Part shown: one piece after another, positions 62,178 through 64,000 of the stretch
Layout of the letters: every line of letters starts with the position of its first letter
How positions within the stretch are numbered: position 1 is the first letter of the stretch
Assembly (NCBI GenBank): GCA_963575745.1
Contig: CAUYUJ010000138.1
Coordinates: 1 to 64,000 of the forward strand
Source of the DNA: Prorocentrum cordatum
Lineage: Eukaryota
Direction of reading: 5' to 3'
Length of the DNA: 64,000 nucleotides
Position numbers and translations under genes: made by a program
Notes under the pieces: generated by a model
The model's database searches: none
Seen by the model: only the letters and a program-made list of their open reading frames with translations
Told to the model about the DNA's origin: nothing

Positions 62178-64000
62178 GGAGGAGGAAGAGGAGGAGGAGG
62201 AGGACGACGACGAGGAGGACGAAGATGAGGTCGGCGCTTCCGCGATGGCATGCCCACCTGCGCCCTCCAGGGGTCGACCAGAGGGTGCCACAGAGGGGGG
62301 GGGGGGCCAGGATCCAGGGTCGGCCACGCCTGGCGAGCCTGGCCCTCTCCTCTGGGGGCCCCTGGAGGCCACGGATGCCAGTGGGGCCTCTCGCCGAGCG
62401 GCGAAGGCGAGGGCGGAGGATGGGGGGAAGAGAGCAGGAGGGAGCTGCGGTCGACTCGCATCAGAAGGACGCACGAGAAGGATGCACGGGCCTTGGACGC
62501 CGACTTCGAAGCTTTTCGAGCGGGGCGCGGCTTGCGAAAGTGACCAAGATGGGCCGATGAGGCAACGACGCAGGGGCTCCCTTGGGAACATTTCCCTTCC
62601 TTGCCGTGCGGGTTCACTGTAGGAGGGAGATAAGGGAAGTGAAATGTGAGGAGTAGCAGTCGGAGGAGGTGCAGAAGGAAGGGCAGGACGATTCAAAAAG
62701 GATAATCCAATATATGCTTCCCCAATCTAGGCCTCTGGATGCCATGCACAGGACCGTCGGCCACCGATGCAGGATGATGAACGGCCAGGGTGGAACCAGT
62801 GAGGGACTGGTTTTGAACGGATTTGGGTTGGGATCCAGATGGTGATTGTGGTGATGATGATATGTTGGTGATACAGCCGGACCCAGGACAGTTGAGCATC
62901 CTTCATTGGATTCAAGAGCGTGAGACCCTCCGCCGGCCCAAACAGAAGAAACTTCGAGGATAAACTCCCCCAGGATGCCCCAGAACATCCAAGAAGCACG
63001 CACGAAGAACGTTAGGGTACCCTCCCCAGCCGACCTCGATCTTATACCTCGGTCCAGCTGTAACGATCGTGATGATGAGGAGGAGCCAAGAAACGTGTGC
63101 ACTACTTCGGCGTGGTCTTCCCTGTCCATGCCCGGTCTCGCTCTGGAGCAGCCCAGCTTCAGACCCAGCGCCGGGCAAAGCACAAAAGCGCCTTCGCCCT
63201 CCTGCTATCGCGCGCCCCCCCCGGAGAACCGGCCTCCCACCGCGAAGCGCGAGCCCAGAAGTCCGACCGCGGGGTGCCATGCGCGGCCGTGCTGGTGATC
63301 CCCAGAGCGCGTGTTGGCCCCGAGAAGGCCACCGAAGCCCCTCAAGACGACGCAGGGGGTGTACGGCAGGCTCGTGTCGTGTCGACCCGGGCGTTGGTTC
63401 CTGACACCGTGAGGATCGTGCAACCTTGATCGTTTCCGCAACGCGGGGACCGTTTTCGCAACGTCTAATCGTTCAACATATGGACCGATTCTGGGCCGCC
63501 GCCGGCGTTCAACGTTGAACGCCTGCGGCGAAGTTGCCGCCGGTCGACACGACCCAAGCCTACCGTGAGTGACAAGGGCCAGCAGAGGCTGCGAGCTATC
63601 GGTGGAGCTGGACGGGGTAAGCACACATTCGGCTGTAGCACACGTCCAGAGGACTGTCGACCTCGCTGGTGCCCAAGGCCCGCGCGGACCTCGTGGATCG
63701 GCGCTGGGCCCCTCCATGGGGCGCGGTGCGCGCCAGGGGCGGCGCTGGAGGCGCTGCCAGGGGCACAGCGCGAGGAGGAGGAGGAGGAGGAGGAGGAGGA
63801 GGAGGAGGAGGAGGAGGAGGAGGAGGAGGAGGAGGCGGGGGAGGAGGAGGGGGGGCTGAGGGCAGAGGCGGCGCCAAGGCGGCTGGAGGCGGCGGAGGCG
63901 GCGGAGGCGGCGCTGGCGCCGCAGGGCGGCGCACCGGGGAGCCAAGCCAATAAGGCTTATGCTTACACAGTTTCGTATCCTCCGATGGAAACGCCAGGCA

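Overview
GC-rich, microsatellite-dense eukaryotic nuclear DNA, almost certainly from a dinoflagellate. The support is an intact 22-nt dinoflagellate spliced leader (DinoSL, DCCGTAGCCATTTTGGCTCAAG) plus many relics, an EFL retrocopy, and introns with GC/GA donors. The main feature is a 12,411-bp DNA transposon at 27715-40125. It has imperfect TIRs (CTTGAATG...CATTCAAG), a 2-bp TG target-site duplication that an empty paralogous site in the window confirms, and subterminal repeats. It carries four co-oriented minus-strand genes: a CMC/CACTA-like DDE transposase, a ~550-aa unknown protein, a ~226-aa protein with a possible AP2-like end, and a ~752-aa protein with a possible ParB-like N-terminus and SET-like C-terminus. 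Each gene is preceded by its own spliced-leader relic, and three of them have predicted introns. Also present: an SL-capped APE-RT-RNase H non-LTR retrotransposon in a (GGA)n tract with a candidate TSD (56660-62177), scattered exons of an ABCD-type transporter, a rearranged EFL retro-pseudogene, a triple SL relic split by a MITE, and many dispersed and tandem repeats. Most ORFs in the supplied track are microsatellite artefacts. All domain calls are by eye, and no searches were run.
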